Of a stretch of DNA of 61,396 bases, positions 38,340 through 49,686 are shown piece after piece. The position numbers and the translations under genes were made by a program. Each line of letters starts with the position of its first letter. Positions within the stretch are counted from its first letter, which is position 1. The stretch covers positions 29,310,009-29,371,404 of the forward strand of contig NC_092376.1 of NCBI RefSeq assembly GCF_030028105.1, read 5' to 3'. This DNA is from Mobula birostris. Its lineage: Eukaryota. The notes below the pieces were generated by a model. The model made no database searches and had not been told where the DNA came from. It was given only the letters and a program-made list of their open reading frames with translations.

Positions 38340-38962
38340 CACTCAGTGGCCACTTTATTAGGTACACCTGCTCGTTAATGCAAATATCTAATCAGCCAGT
38401 CACCTGGGAGCAACTCAATGCGTAAAAGCATGCAGACGTGGTCAAGAGGTTCATTTGTTATTCAAATCAAATATCAGAATGGGGAAGAAATGTGATGTAA
38501 GTAATTGGACAGTGAAATGATTGCTGGTGCCAGATGGGGTAGTTTGAGTGCCTCAGAAACTAATGATCTCCTGGGATTTTCACACAGGAGCAGGGGTTCC
38601 CAACTTTTTTTTATGCCACGGAGCCTTACCATTAACCGAGGGGTTCGTGGACCCCCTGTTCCAGGTTTCGCAGAGAATGGGGCAAAAAACAAGCAACATT
38701 CAGTGAGCAGGAGATCTGTTGGAAAAACGCCTTGTTTATGAGAGAGGTCAGAGGAGAACGGCCGGACTGATTCAAACTGACAAGAAGGGTACAGTAACTC
38801 AAACAACCACACATTAAAACAGTAGTGTGTAGCAGAGCATCTCTGAACACACAACACGTTGATACTTGAAGTGAATGGCTACAGCATCAGAAAGCCATGA
38901 ACATGCAATCTGTGACCACTTTATCAGGTATAAAAAGGTACCCAATAAAGTATTCACTGAGC
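38340..38962 (+). mobile_element. Tc1-family non-autonomous element with both ends
   Basis: TA|CACTCAGTGGCCACTTTATTAGGTAC ... GTACCCAATAAAGTATTCACTGAG. The interior is the N-terminal transposase remnant only, with no DDE domain. Confidence 0.9.
38591..38658. mobile_element. Tiny hAT-like MITE inserted in the Tc1 element
   Basis: CAGGGGTTCC ... GGACCCCCTG termini. The segment is absent from the paralogous Tc1 copies at 29.9 kb and 48.8 kb. Confidence 0.7.
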
Positions 38963-39589
38963 ATTTTACTCTTTTTTGGACTGAGATTACGTGCGCATGT
39001 TACATTGTGTTAATCTTGGTAACCAATCACTATATTATCAACGCCATTACAGCGCACAGTTTATTATTAATATCCACCATGAGGTGTCCTTTCATTCACA
39101 TCCTTACACGGAATATAGTGTGTGGTTGCTTGCACCAGCGATCAAGCCTTTTAACATCGCTAGTATCCTGTTTGCAGGAAGACTGAGAAAGTCACAAGCA
39201 AAACATTACATTAATGCCTAAGGATTAATAACCCTAACCCTAATGTACAGACACCACAGTTAAGAACAGCATGCTCCATCTGAATAACATAAACCTCTCA
39301 CCGAGCTGCCACCGGCTCCTCCCTGTACTGCCCTCATACAGCTAAGAGCCATTGCATTGCAAATTCCTTTCCCTACAGTGACTACACTTGGGACCGTTTT
39401 CCTCATTCGGTGGAGAGTCAAGTGACCCTTACAGGAGAGCCCCAGCCATGATTCCCAATGGAAGTAACTTGTCTGCATTGATAGACATATACTGCGGGGT
39501 CCACAGAATGATATCGTGTGCTGGCAGGGATTATTTAGGGTTAAGATAGAAGTGAGGGAAGGCATGGAGTAGCAGAGACTCTGGGCAGT

Positions 39590-40530
39590 TGGGACAATTG
39601 TTTTGGGGCAAGATGGCGGACTGACGTCATCATGTTCAGGTGGCCACCAAAAGCTCATTACAGCAGCTTACATATTGAAATATTAAAAATGATTCATTCC
39701 TCTCTCGTGTATTTACCGAATTTCTCCTGACACGCATCCGTGCTAACCAGTTTATCAACAGCAAGTTCCATATTCTCTCTGCTCTGAGTAGAATAGACTG
39801 AACATCGATACTTATACAGAAGTATTGTACGGAGACCGACCAAGAAATCAGCCACGTCTGGCTGCACTGTCAACTTCTGCAAATCGATTTGAAATTATTT
39901 CTATTGCTTTTAAAGTAGAATGCATTTCTTACGAATTTACAAAACAATTCCTGGAAACAGAGATTACGAGTTCGGTGCACACACCCCACTGTGTATAAAA
40001 ACTAGTCCCGCATGTATTTGCAATGGGTTGCTGAGAACAGCATTCTAATCCACCGTGGCACATCAACCTTGAACTCCGCCAGTATCCCAGAGGTTAATGC
40101 TCCCAAACGCAGTATTCACCGGGGAGAGAAGGGAAAACGGCCAGATATTGTTATAGGTATCTGAAGTCCTGCCCACTGCCATAGTAACAGATTTAGATAC
40201 CACTCTAAAAGACAGCTCGAGATCACGGGTCGCCCACCAATCCCCCCAAACCGAAAGAGCACAATCTCCAAAGCAATGCGGAAGATTATTCACCGACTGC
40301 GCCCCCGCCAGCAAACGGAACCGGATGAACAGCGGCCAGTACTTTGGATTCGTACAGAGTAAGTACTCAAATCAATTCTCCGATCTTTCCCAACTTCTTT
40401 GTACGCATTTTGGATTTTGTTTTGTTTGCAGTTGCGAGTTGTCGACATCTATAAGAGCGCAGCACAAGAAGTTGAAAGATTGATTGTTGCCGCTAACTCC
40501 AAAGAACTAAAATTGCTGGCGCAGCACTTT
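39590..40530. promoter_or_regulatory. CpG-enriched, repeat-free region, candidate promoter or first exon
   Basis: YY1-like AAGATGGCGG (39610-39619) abuts a CRE TGACGTCA (39622-39629). CpG is visibly retained. Donor AGA|GTAAGT follows 40358. Confidence 0.35.
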
Positions 40531-40817
40531 GCATAAAACACTTAAATGATGTGTAGAGCATTGAGTTTTGGGATAATTGGGAGAAAGCTAACCAGAAGGC
40601 TGACGAGGAAGGAATTTGAGGAGATGATAATATGGAATGGGATTGTTCCGTGCGCCAGCATTGACTCGATGGGATGAATGGCCTCCTCTTCAGTAAGGGA
40701 ATAGGAAATAAGCAGGTTAGCTAACTCATTATCTGCACTCCAGAAACAGCAATACTATTAATGACACGTCCGAAACTTTAGACCGTAAATAGAATCACAG
40801 GAATCATAATCATGTTT

Positions 40818-42800
40818 ATAAGACCACAAGAGACCATAAGATGCAGGAGCAGGATTAGGCCATTTGGCCCGTCGAGTCTGCTCTCCCATTCAATCATGAC
40901 TGATCCTTCTTCCCCTCCTCAGTCCCACTCCCCAGTCTTCTCCCCATAACCTTTGATGCAGAGCCCACTCAAGAACCCGTCAAGCTCTGCCTTAAATACA
41001 GGTTTCCCCCGCCATCCGAAGGTAGAGCGTTCTTGTGAAACGGTTCGTAAGCCGGAATGTCGTAAAGCGAAGAGGCAATTACCATTTATTTATATGGGAA
41101 AAATTTGTGAGCGTTCGCAGACCCAAAAATAACCTACCAAATCATGCCAAATAACACATAAAACCTAAAATAACAGTAACATATAGTAAAAGCAGGAATG
41201 ATATGATGAATACTCAGCCTATATAAAGTAGAAATACTTTTCCACAATAATTGCCTGCACTGTTCTCTGTAGCGAAAATCTCACACAAGCGCTCTTGGCA
41301 AAAACACGTGCAAGCGCTCTCCAGTAACCTTTTAGGCTATGAAGCCGCCAAATCATACCAAATAACATGTAAAAAGTACACGGCCTATATAAAGTAGAAA
41401 TAATGTATGCACAGTGTAGTGTCACTTACCGGAATTGGGACAGCGCCGAGCACACTGAAAATGGTGTGTTAGGCTGAGTCGTCGGAGGTTAGGGTGGTGC
41501 AGTGGCCCCCACCCTCCAGGCAGCGAACCGATACATTGCCGCGGAGAATGCAGGGGTCCAGCAGTGGCTGGGACGCACCCAGCACATCTTTAAGAAAAAA
41601 AGCCAAAATAAACAAGCTGATTAATTAGGTGCCGCCCGGCACGTAAATGTTGGCCCAGATCAGAGGCGACGCAATTGGCAATCATTTCTGATCTGGGCCG
41701 ACATTTATGTGCCGGGCGGCACCTAATTAATTAGCTTGTTTATTTCGGCTTTTTTTCTTCAGGATGTACTGGGTGCCTCTCGTCTACTGCTGCATTCTCC
41801 ACGGATCGGTATCAGCGGCCCGGGGTTTGGGGTGGTGGGACACTGGGGTGTCATCTCATCGTCTATTTCCATGAGCGTAGGCAGGTCATCTTCTATGTCT
41901 GCCTGCCTCGATTTCGAAGGTCGAGGTTTGTCGTTTGCCATGGCTGATGTGGAAGGCTTGAAAAATGACAGTATGCTTGACTGCTGAGCCTCGCGCATTT
42001 TTCCATCATACGGTTCTTTGTAAGCACTCAAACCATCCTGCAACTATGCCCTAAACCGACGTACCCTTTCAAAATTGAAGTCATACTTTATCATTGCAGT
42101 GAAAATCTCACGTAGTTGCCTCACGTTCAGTTCCTGGACGACTTCACATTTGGTCTGTTCGCTACTGCATTCAGTTTTGATTGTTTTCCTTTCCTCTTGC
42201 AATTGCATCAGCTCTTCATCTATCAGTTCTTGGTCATGGGATGCCAAAACCTCTTCAACATCATCCTCATCAACTTCCACAAGCCAAACTCACTTTGTCC
42301 TTACTTCGTTCACCACGATCGAAACGCTTAATTATGTCTAGTTTTACGCTGTGTAACACCCTTACGAGCTCTTTTAAGCTTTTCCAATACCTTAGAACTC
42401 ATCTTGCTAACGGATGCTCACAGGCACATGATTAAGCAATGCTGGCGAGAATGCCGTTCCGAATCCGGGGGAGAGCGGCTGCTCGGGGCGTGCGCTGCCT
42501 TTTTTTTCGCGCGCTGCTTTTTTTCGTAACAGTGAAAACACCTTCTGTTAGCGAAAATAGGTAACTAATGTAGATCTTTCGTAACAGTGAGGTTTCGTAA
42601 AGCGAACGTTCGAAAAGCGGGGGACACCTGTACCCTAACGACCTGGCCTCCACAACTGCCTGTGATAATAAATTCCGCAAATTCACCACCCTGTCTGTTT
42701 TAAATGGACGCTCTTCTATTCTGGACTCTCCCACCACGGGAAACATCCTTTCCCCACCTACTCTGTCTAGGCATTCAGAAGATTTGAATGAGATCCCCCC
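40818..42800 (-). mobile_element. CR1 3' end split by the Tigger insertion
   Basis: Removing 40999-42630 and one TA restores GCCTTAAATA|CCCTAACGACCTGGCCTCCAC, the reverse of the CR1 3' region. Confidence 0.85.
40999..42630 (-). mobile_element. Tigger/pogo-like DNA transposon, internally deleted
   Basis: TA target-site duplication (40997-98 and 42631-32); TIRs CAGGTTTCCCCCGC / GCGGGGGACACCTG. ORFs 42044..42280 (EVDEDDVEEVLASHDQELIDEELMQL..DFNFERVRRF) and 41759..42043 (YKEPYD.K..AQQSSILSFFK) resemble the Tigger transposase C-terminus. Confidence 0.9.
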
Positions 42801-42819
42801 CCTCCCCATCCTTCTAAAA

Positions 42820-43070
42820 TTTTATTACAGACATTTGTCTAGAAATTTGTTGTTTCGTGACACCAATACAGCGCAAGACATAAATAGTCACTATAAGTTA
42901 CAATAGGAAATAAAACAAAAAGTGCAACAACAGAACAGCGAGGCAGTAGTCATGGGTTCATGGACAGTTCAGAAGTCTGGCGGCAGAGGGGAAGAAGCTG
43001 TTCCTAAAACGCTGAGTGTGAGTCTTCAGTCTCCTGTACCTCCTCTCTGATGGTGGTAATGGGAAGTGTT
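42820..43070 (-). mobile_element. Rex1/Babar-type LINE 3' end
   Basis: Minus-strand LPPSERRYRRLKTHTQRFRNSFFPSAARLLN. Confidence 0.8.
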
Positions 43071-43589
43071 CGTTCAATCTGCAGTTGTTCACTCTGCAGG
43101 TTTTGCGACTCGAATGGGAAACATTTCAGAAGTGTGCAAGTACAGTACACTGGATAATTAAACGGTAGGAGAATTGTTGGATTGACAGGTTTACTGTCTG
43201 GGTTAGACGAAGGTGAGCAGGGCTTTGCCGCAGACTATTCTGCACGAAAGTGATTTCACGTTTCTCATTGCTGCGGAACGATTCAAGGGACCCCGTCCTT
43301 TGTTGATTCACCTCGGTGGGTAGCAAGTCTCACCAGGACTGAATATGAATTATGCGATGATGAACCTTAGGCAAGTGAAATTGGAACATCGCTGTCATGG
43401 CAACAGCATAATCAAAGATTGTTCTTGGAAGATATTGGAACAAATCTCTCAAACCGCAGTAGAGGTCCTCTAGGACGCGGTTTCACCGTGCTGATTTCTC
43501 AGTGGTTATGACAGAAGGGAACGTAACATCCTGGCAAGTACCTTAATGATCATCTAATTCTGGGAATGTAAAATAGACTGCTTATTATC

Positions 43590-44945
43590 GAGGATCAAGG
43601 ATCATCTTTATTCACCATATACATTTACATGCATTAGGAATTTGCTGTGCTGTGCAGGAGAGTTTTTAAAGCTGCAGCACTGGGACTGTTCCACTCTCTT
43701 GATCTTGGAAGTCCAAGTCCAGTGATACAAGTAGTTGTCACAAATTGGGGTCTTCCTTGGTTGCAGTGGATGACCATGACTTTTTCAGTACCTTGTCGTG
43801 CCTTTCGCTCTCCACAAAGTGTTGCAGAACCACCTGCCTGGCCGTGGGGTCTCATTCGCCCAGTCTGCCAGGGATGACTTCACATGCTAGCACAGGCATG
43901 GCCCTAGCTCACCGGAGCATGAGGCCAGCTGGCTAAGCCTGCCTGTCACAGTGGTGTAACCAGGTGTGTCCGCTGTCATAAGCAAACAGCTACTTGGAGC
44001 CACAGGTGAGAGCAGTGTCCGGTAGGGCCCAAAAGTGAGTGAGCTGCCCCTGAGTGGACACGACAAGCCCCTTCACCAGACTTGCTACCCCTCCCTGGAC
44101 ACTCCATATATCCCTCACCAATGATAAAGAACAAAGAATTGTATGAAAGAAAGTTAGAAGTACGGATATAGAATAAAATGTGCATGAAAACTTAAATATC
44201 AGCATGTATTTAAGACATAACCAACATTATGAAAAGTCATTCGAAATATTTACAGTGCAGTGACTGAGGTAATAGAGGGGGATGGGAGGCAAACTAGAAT
44301 AGTTGATTAGATTAACTGCCTGGGAGAAAAAAACTTTTAAGCTGGCATGAAGTTTTTGTTTTAATAGCCCTATAGTGCTTTCCAGAAGGAAGCTTTTGGA
44401 AAAGGCAGTTTGCTGGGTGGGTTGTGTCTGCAATGATTTTCCTGCCCACTTCATGTCCTGGGCACATACAAGCCCTGCAGTGATGGTAGACTCCAGCCAA
44501 TGACCTTTTCTGCTCTGGCAGTTTGCTCTATTATGAGAGGATGCTGCACTAAACCAGACAGTGATGGCTAATGTGAGGATGCTCTCTACGATGGCAGTGC
44601 AGGATTGCACCACTATGTTCTGGGGAAGATGGAGTTTTACCAGCTGCTGCATGGAGTATATCTTCTGCTGAGCCTTTTTGTCAGTGGTTCTCTCAAATGA
44701 GGTCATGTGAAATAATGATGCCCAGTACACTGAATGCTGAGAAACGGTGCTAACCATAGACTTGATGGGCAGGTGTACAGGAGAGGTGTTTCTCCCCAAG
44801 TTGATATGCATCTCTGTGGTTTTGAGGGCATTCAGCTCCAAGTTGTTGTGTTGCTGCAGCACACCCGCTCGTTTACTTCCAGTTGGTACTTGGATTTGTT
44901 GGCTCTAGTAATTAGTCTTATGACTGTGGCATCATCTGCAAACTC
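43590..44945 (-). mobile_element. Rex1/Babar-type LINE 3' part, with its 3' UTR interrupted at about 43655-44105
   Basis: ORF 44227..44862 has NNLELNALKTTEM..KKAQQ..AIVESILTLAITVWF. ORF 44312..44500 has IADTTHPANCLFQKLPSGKHYRAIKTKT. Confidence 0.85.
43655..44105 (-). mobile_element. Probable RTE-type 5' region or RTE-derived non-autonomous element
   Basis: GC-rich insert in a Rex 3' UTR. Near its minus-strand 5' end is TCTGGTGAAGGGGCTTGTCGTGTCC, resembling RTE 5' ends (from recall). Confidence 0.45.
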
Positions 44946-45355
44946 TAAATATACCTCTCACTGCATCCATAAAGCAGCCCAGATAATCAAAGACACAGGC
45001 CGTCCTGCATATTCCCTCTTCTTCCCCTCCCAATGGGCAGAAGGTACACAAGCCTGAATGCATATACCACCAGGCTCAAGGACAGCTGCTATTTAGTTAT
45101 TATGTGACTATTAGATAGTTCCCTAGTATGATAAATTGGACTCCTGACCTCACACTCCACCTCGTTACCTTTCACCTTATTGTCTACCTGCACTGCACTT
45201 TCTCAGAAGCTGTTACATTTTATTCTGTGTTGTTACTGTTTTCCCTTGGTGTACCTCAGTGGACTGTGTAATGATCAGATCTATATGAGCAATAGGCAAT
45301 ACAAGTTTTTCATTGTATCTTGGTACATTTGACAATATTAAACCAACTCCAATTT
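44946..45355 (+). mobile_element. Rex1/Babar-type LINE 3' end, head-to-head with the previous copy
   Basis: YTSHCIHKAAQIIKD.GRPAYSLF motif plus 3' UTR. Confidence 0.75.
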
Positions 45356-45607
45356 GAATTTGAGGAAGAGATGTACCAGTTAATTCAACAAGTAAGTGAA
45401 TTTTAAAACAAGATAAAAGATTAGCTTTATTTGCCATGTCTACATTGAAACATACAGTGAGAAGTGTCATTTAATCGAATCAAATAAGCAAGGATAATCC
45501 TGGGCTAAATGTCGCCAAGCTTTCAACACCAACGTAGCATGGCCACAATTCACTAAGCATAGCCATATGTCTTTGGGATTGGGAGGAAGCTCGAGCACCT
45601 GTAGGAA

Positions 45608-48040
45608 ATAGAACATAGAATAGTACAGCACAGTACAGGCCCTTCGGCCCACATTGTTGTGCCGACCATCAAACCCTGCCTCCCATATAACCCCCCCCAC
45701 CTTAAATCCCTCCATATACCTGTCTAGTAGTCTCTAAATTTCACTAGTGTATCTGCCTCCGTCATAGACTCAGGCAGTGCATTCCATGCACCAACTACTC
45801 TCTGAGTAAAAAAACCTTCCTCTAATATCCCCCTTGAACTTCCCACCCCTTACCTTAAAGCCATGTCCTCTTGTATTGAGCAGTGGTGGCCTGGGGAAGA
45901 GGCGCTGGCTATCCACTCTATTTATTCCTCTTAATATCTTGTACACCTCTATCATGTCTCCTCTCATCCTCCTTCTCTCCAAAGAGTAAAGCCCTAGCTC
46001 CCTTAATCTCTGATTATAATGCATACTCTCTAAACCAGGCAGCATCCTGGTAAATCTCCTCTGTACCCTTTCCAATGCTTCCACATCCTTCCTATAGTGA
46101 GGTGACCAGAACTGGACACAATACTCCAAGTGTGGCCTAACCAGAGTTTTATAGAGCTGCATCATTACCTCGTGACTCTTAAACTCTATCTCTTGACTTA
46201 TGACAGCTAACTTAATTAACTAACTTAACTAACTTAAGCTTTCTTAACTACCCTATCTACCTGCGAGGCAACTTTCAGGGATCTGTGGACATGTACTCGA
46301 AGATCCCTCTGCTCCTCCACACTACCAAGTATCCTGCCATTTACTTTGTACTCTGCCTTGGAGTTTGTCCTTCCAAAGTGTACCACCTCACACCCGGAAG
46401 TCTACCACCTCACACTTCTCCGGGTTGAACTCCATCTGCCACTTCTCAGCCCACTTCTGCAACCTATCAATGTCTCTCTGCATTGATAGGTTGCAGAAGT
46501 GGCAGAAGTGCTCGACAATCCTCTACACTATCTACAACACCACCAACCTTTGTGTCATCTGCAAACCTGCCAACCCATCCTTCTACCCCCCCCATCCAGG
46601 TCATTAATAAAAATCACGAAAAGTAGAGGTCCCAGAACCGATCCTTGTGGGACACCACTAGTCATAACCCTTCAATCCAAATGTACTCCCTCTACCACGA
46701 CCCTCTGCCTTCTGCAGACAAGCCAATTCTGAATCCACCTGGCCAAACTTCCCTGAATCCCATACCTTCTGATTTTCTGAATAAGCCTACCGTGTGGAAC
46801 CTTGTCAAATGCCTTACTAAAATCCATGTAGATCACATCCACTGCACTACCCTCATCTATATGCCTGGTCACCTCCTCAAAGAATTCTATCAGGCTTGTT
46901 AGACATGATCTGCCCTGCACGAAGCCATGCTGACTGTCCCTGATCAGACCATGATTCTCTAAATGCCCATAGATCCCATCTCTAAGAATCTTTTCCAACA
47001 GCTTTCCCACCACAGACATAAGGCTCACTGGTCTATAATTACCCGGACTATCCCTACTACCTTTTTTGAACAAGGGGACAACATTCGCCTCCCTCCAATC
47101 CTCTGATATCATTCCCATAGACAACAAGGACATAAAGATTCTAACCAGAGGCTCAGCAATCTCTTCCCTCGCCTTGTGGAACAGCCTGGGGAATATTCCG
47201 TCAGGCCCCGGGGACTTACCCGTCCTAATGTATTTTAACAACTCCAACACCTCCTCTCCCTTAATATCAGCATGCTCCAGAACATCAACCTCACTCATAT
47301 TGTCCTCACCGTCATCAAGTTCCCTCTCATTGGTGAATACGGAAGAGAAGTATTCATTGAGGACCTCGCTCACTTCCACAGCCTCCAGGCACATCTTCCC
47401 ACCTTTATCTCTAATTGGTCTTACCTTCACTCCTGTCATCCTTTTGTTCTTCACATAATTGAAGAATGCCTTGGGGTTTTCCTTTACCCTACTCGCCAAG
47501 GTCTTCTCATGCCCCCTTCTTGCTCTTCTCAGCCCCTTCTTAAGCTCCTTTCTTGCTCCCCTATATTCCTCAATAGTCCCATCTGATCCTTGATTCCTAA
47601 ACTTCATGTATGCTGCCTTCTTCCACCTGACTAGATTTTCCACCTCACTTGTCATCCATGGTTCCTTCACCCTCCCATTCTTTATCTTCCTCTCCAGGAC
47701 AAATTTATCCCTAACATCCTGCAAGAGATCTCCAAACATTGACCACATGTCCATAGTACATTTCCCTGCAAAAACATCATCCCAATTCACACCTGCAAGT
47801 TCTAGCCTTACAGCCTCATAATTTGCCCTTCCCCAATTACAAATTTTCCTGCCCTCTCTGATTCTATCCTTTTCCATGATAATGCTGAAGGCCAGGGAGC
47901 AGTAATCACTGTCCCCCAGATGCTCACCCACTGAGAGATCTGTGACCTGACCCAGTTCATTACCTAGTACTAGATCTAGTATGGCATTCCCCCTAGTCGG
48001 CCTGTCAACATACCGTGACAGGAATCCGTTCTGGACACTG
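45608..48040 (-). mobile_element. CR1 LINE, about 2.4 kb, 5'-truncated
   Basis: ORF 46672..48066 has PTRGNAILDLVL, KSPGPDGI, NYRPVSL, QHGFVQGRSCLTSL and YMDFSKAFDKVPH. ORF 45770..46165 has LVRPHLEYCVQFWSP. TTCTATGTTCTAT tail. Confidence 0.96.
46672..48040 (-). pseudogene. CR1 ORF2 remnant (end of endonuclease, tether, N-terminal RT)
   Basis: About 455 open codons. The annotated Met lies in flanking SINE sequence and the downstream RT is disrupted. Confidence 0.85.
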
Positions 48041-48529
48041 TCTGTGGTCACGGGGAGAATGTACAAACTCCTTACAGACAGCAGCGGGAAAAGAACCCAA
48101 ATTAACTTTTGCAGCTGCTTGTCGGGATGGGATAGTGCTGTGATTGTATTATATAGTGTGCTATAGGATAGAGTAAAGGATATGTCATGGATAGAGCCCT
48201 GGTTGATGAATTCTTTGAAGTGTTGCTTATGGTGGCACTAATTGGATCTCCTTGATAAGCTGTTTGTCCTTGGCTCTCGCAAGGATGGAGTCTCTGGGGT
48301 TTCCTGTTTGACTAAGCTCTTTGCAAGATCTATTGAAGAGCATCATTAAATTCTGATGGGATATGCCCAACAACCATCACCCCAACCCCATCCCAATTGA
48401 ATGAACATAATATTTCAATAGGCACTAGTCAAACAGTTATCTAATTGGCCAAGCCAACATTTTACATTGATCTATCTCCCAAAGTTAACACTTTGTCAGA
48501 TTGGTTCCATTTCACACTAGTTAAATGGT

Positions 48530-49050
48530 ATACACTCAGTGACCAGTTTATTAGGTACAGGAGTGGAACCCGGTGTAGCCTTCTGCTGCTGTAGCCCATT
48601 CACTTCAAGGTTTGATGTGCTGTGCATTCAGAGAAGTTCTTCTGCACACCACTGATGTAATGTATTGTTACTTGAGTTACTGTCACCTTCCTGTTAGCTT
48701 GAACCAGCCTGGCCATTTCCACTGTGCTGTCTCAATAACAAGGCACTTATGCCCACAGAACTGCTGCTCACTGGCTACATATTGTTTTTTTTGTACCATC
48801 CTTTGAAAATTCTAGAGAGTGTTGTGTGTGAAAATCTCAGGGTACCAGCAGTTTTTGAAATACTCAAACCACCCTGTCTGGCACCGGCAACCATTAAATG
48901 GTCACAGTCACCTATGCTGCATTGCTTCCCCATTCTGATGTTCAGTCTGAACCACAACTGAACCTCATGGCCATGTCTGAATGCTTTTATGCATTGAGTT
49001 GCTACCACATAATTGGCTGATTAGATATTTGTGTGAACAAACAGGTGTAT
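48530..49050 (-). mobile_element. Tc1-family non-autonomous element
   Basis: TA|CACTCAGTGACCAGTTTATTAGGTACA. Minus-strand ORF MGKQCSIGDCDHLMVAGARQGGLSISKTA. Confidence 0.88.
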
Positions 49051-49059
49051 AAGTGTAAT

Positions 49060-49580
49060 CCACACAACATGCTGGAGGATCTCAGCAGGTCAGACAGCAT
49101 CTATGGATGGGAATAAACAGTCGATGTTTTGGGCCAAGAACCTTCTTCAGGACTGGAAAGGAAGGGGAAAGAAGTCAGAATAAGAAGGTGGGGAGGGAGG
49201 AGGAAGACATACAAGGTGACAGGTGATTGGTGAAACCAGGAGGGGTGAAGTAAAGAGCTGGGAAGTTGATTGGTGGGAGAGATAAAGGGCTGGAGACGGG
49301 GGAATCTGACAGAGGAGGACAGGAGACCATGGAAGAGAGGGAAGGGGGGAGGAGCACCACAGGGAAGTGGTGGGCAGGTAGGGAGATAAGGTAAGAGAGG
49401 GAAACAGAAATAGGGAATGGTGAAGGAGGCAATTACTGAAAGTTCGAGAAATCGATATTTGTGCCATCAGGGTGGAGGTTCTGACTTCTCCCTTCTCACT
49501 CAGCCCGAAGCGTCAGCTGTTTATTCCCATCTATAGATGATGCCTGACTGCTGAGCTCCTCCAGCACATTGTGTGCATCT
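49060..49580. mobile_element. Penelope tail with inverted terminal repeats
   Basis: 49060-49130 is the reverse complement of 49505-49575. Hammerhead-like motif on the minus strand at 49118-49155. Confidence 0.8.
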
Positions 49581-49686
49581 GTGTAACTGCACCCTTCCTT
49601 GAACTTTGCCATGCACATCCTCCCGTGTCCCTTCCGGTTTGTAAATGTAGGGAGCATACTGGACTATTCTGGGAGCAGAAGTTCCA

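Larger units (their letters stand above)
45410..48125 (-). mobile_element. HE1/V-type SINE split by a CR1 (halves at about 45410-45607 and 48041-48125)
   Basis: GGGAGGAAGCTCGAGCACCTGTAGGAAA | GGTCACGGGGAGAATGTACAAACTCCTTACAGACAGC rejoin into the reverse SINE core. Confidence 0.7.

Noticed and set aside
39975-40005. CACTGTG heptamer suggesting a V(D)J recombination signal
   Set aside because: No nonamer at 12 or 23 bp spacing and no V, D or J segments nearby.
40325-40358. MNSGQYFGFVQ resembles the N-terminus of ZFR/ZFR2 as I recall it
   Set aside because: The match is only 11 residues and no downstream ZFR-like exon is visible in the window, so no gene symbol is assigned.
43100-43212. Candidate exon (CTGCAG ... 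AAG|GTGAGC)
   Set aside because: Stops in all three frames. It could only be non-coding and has no independent support.
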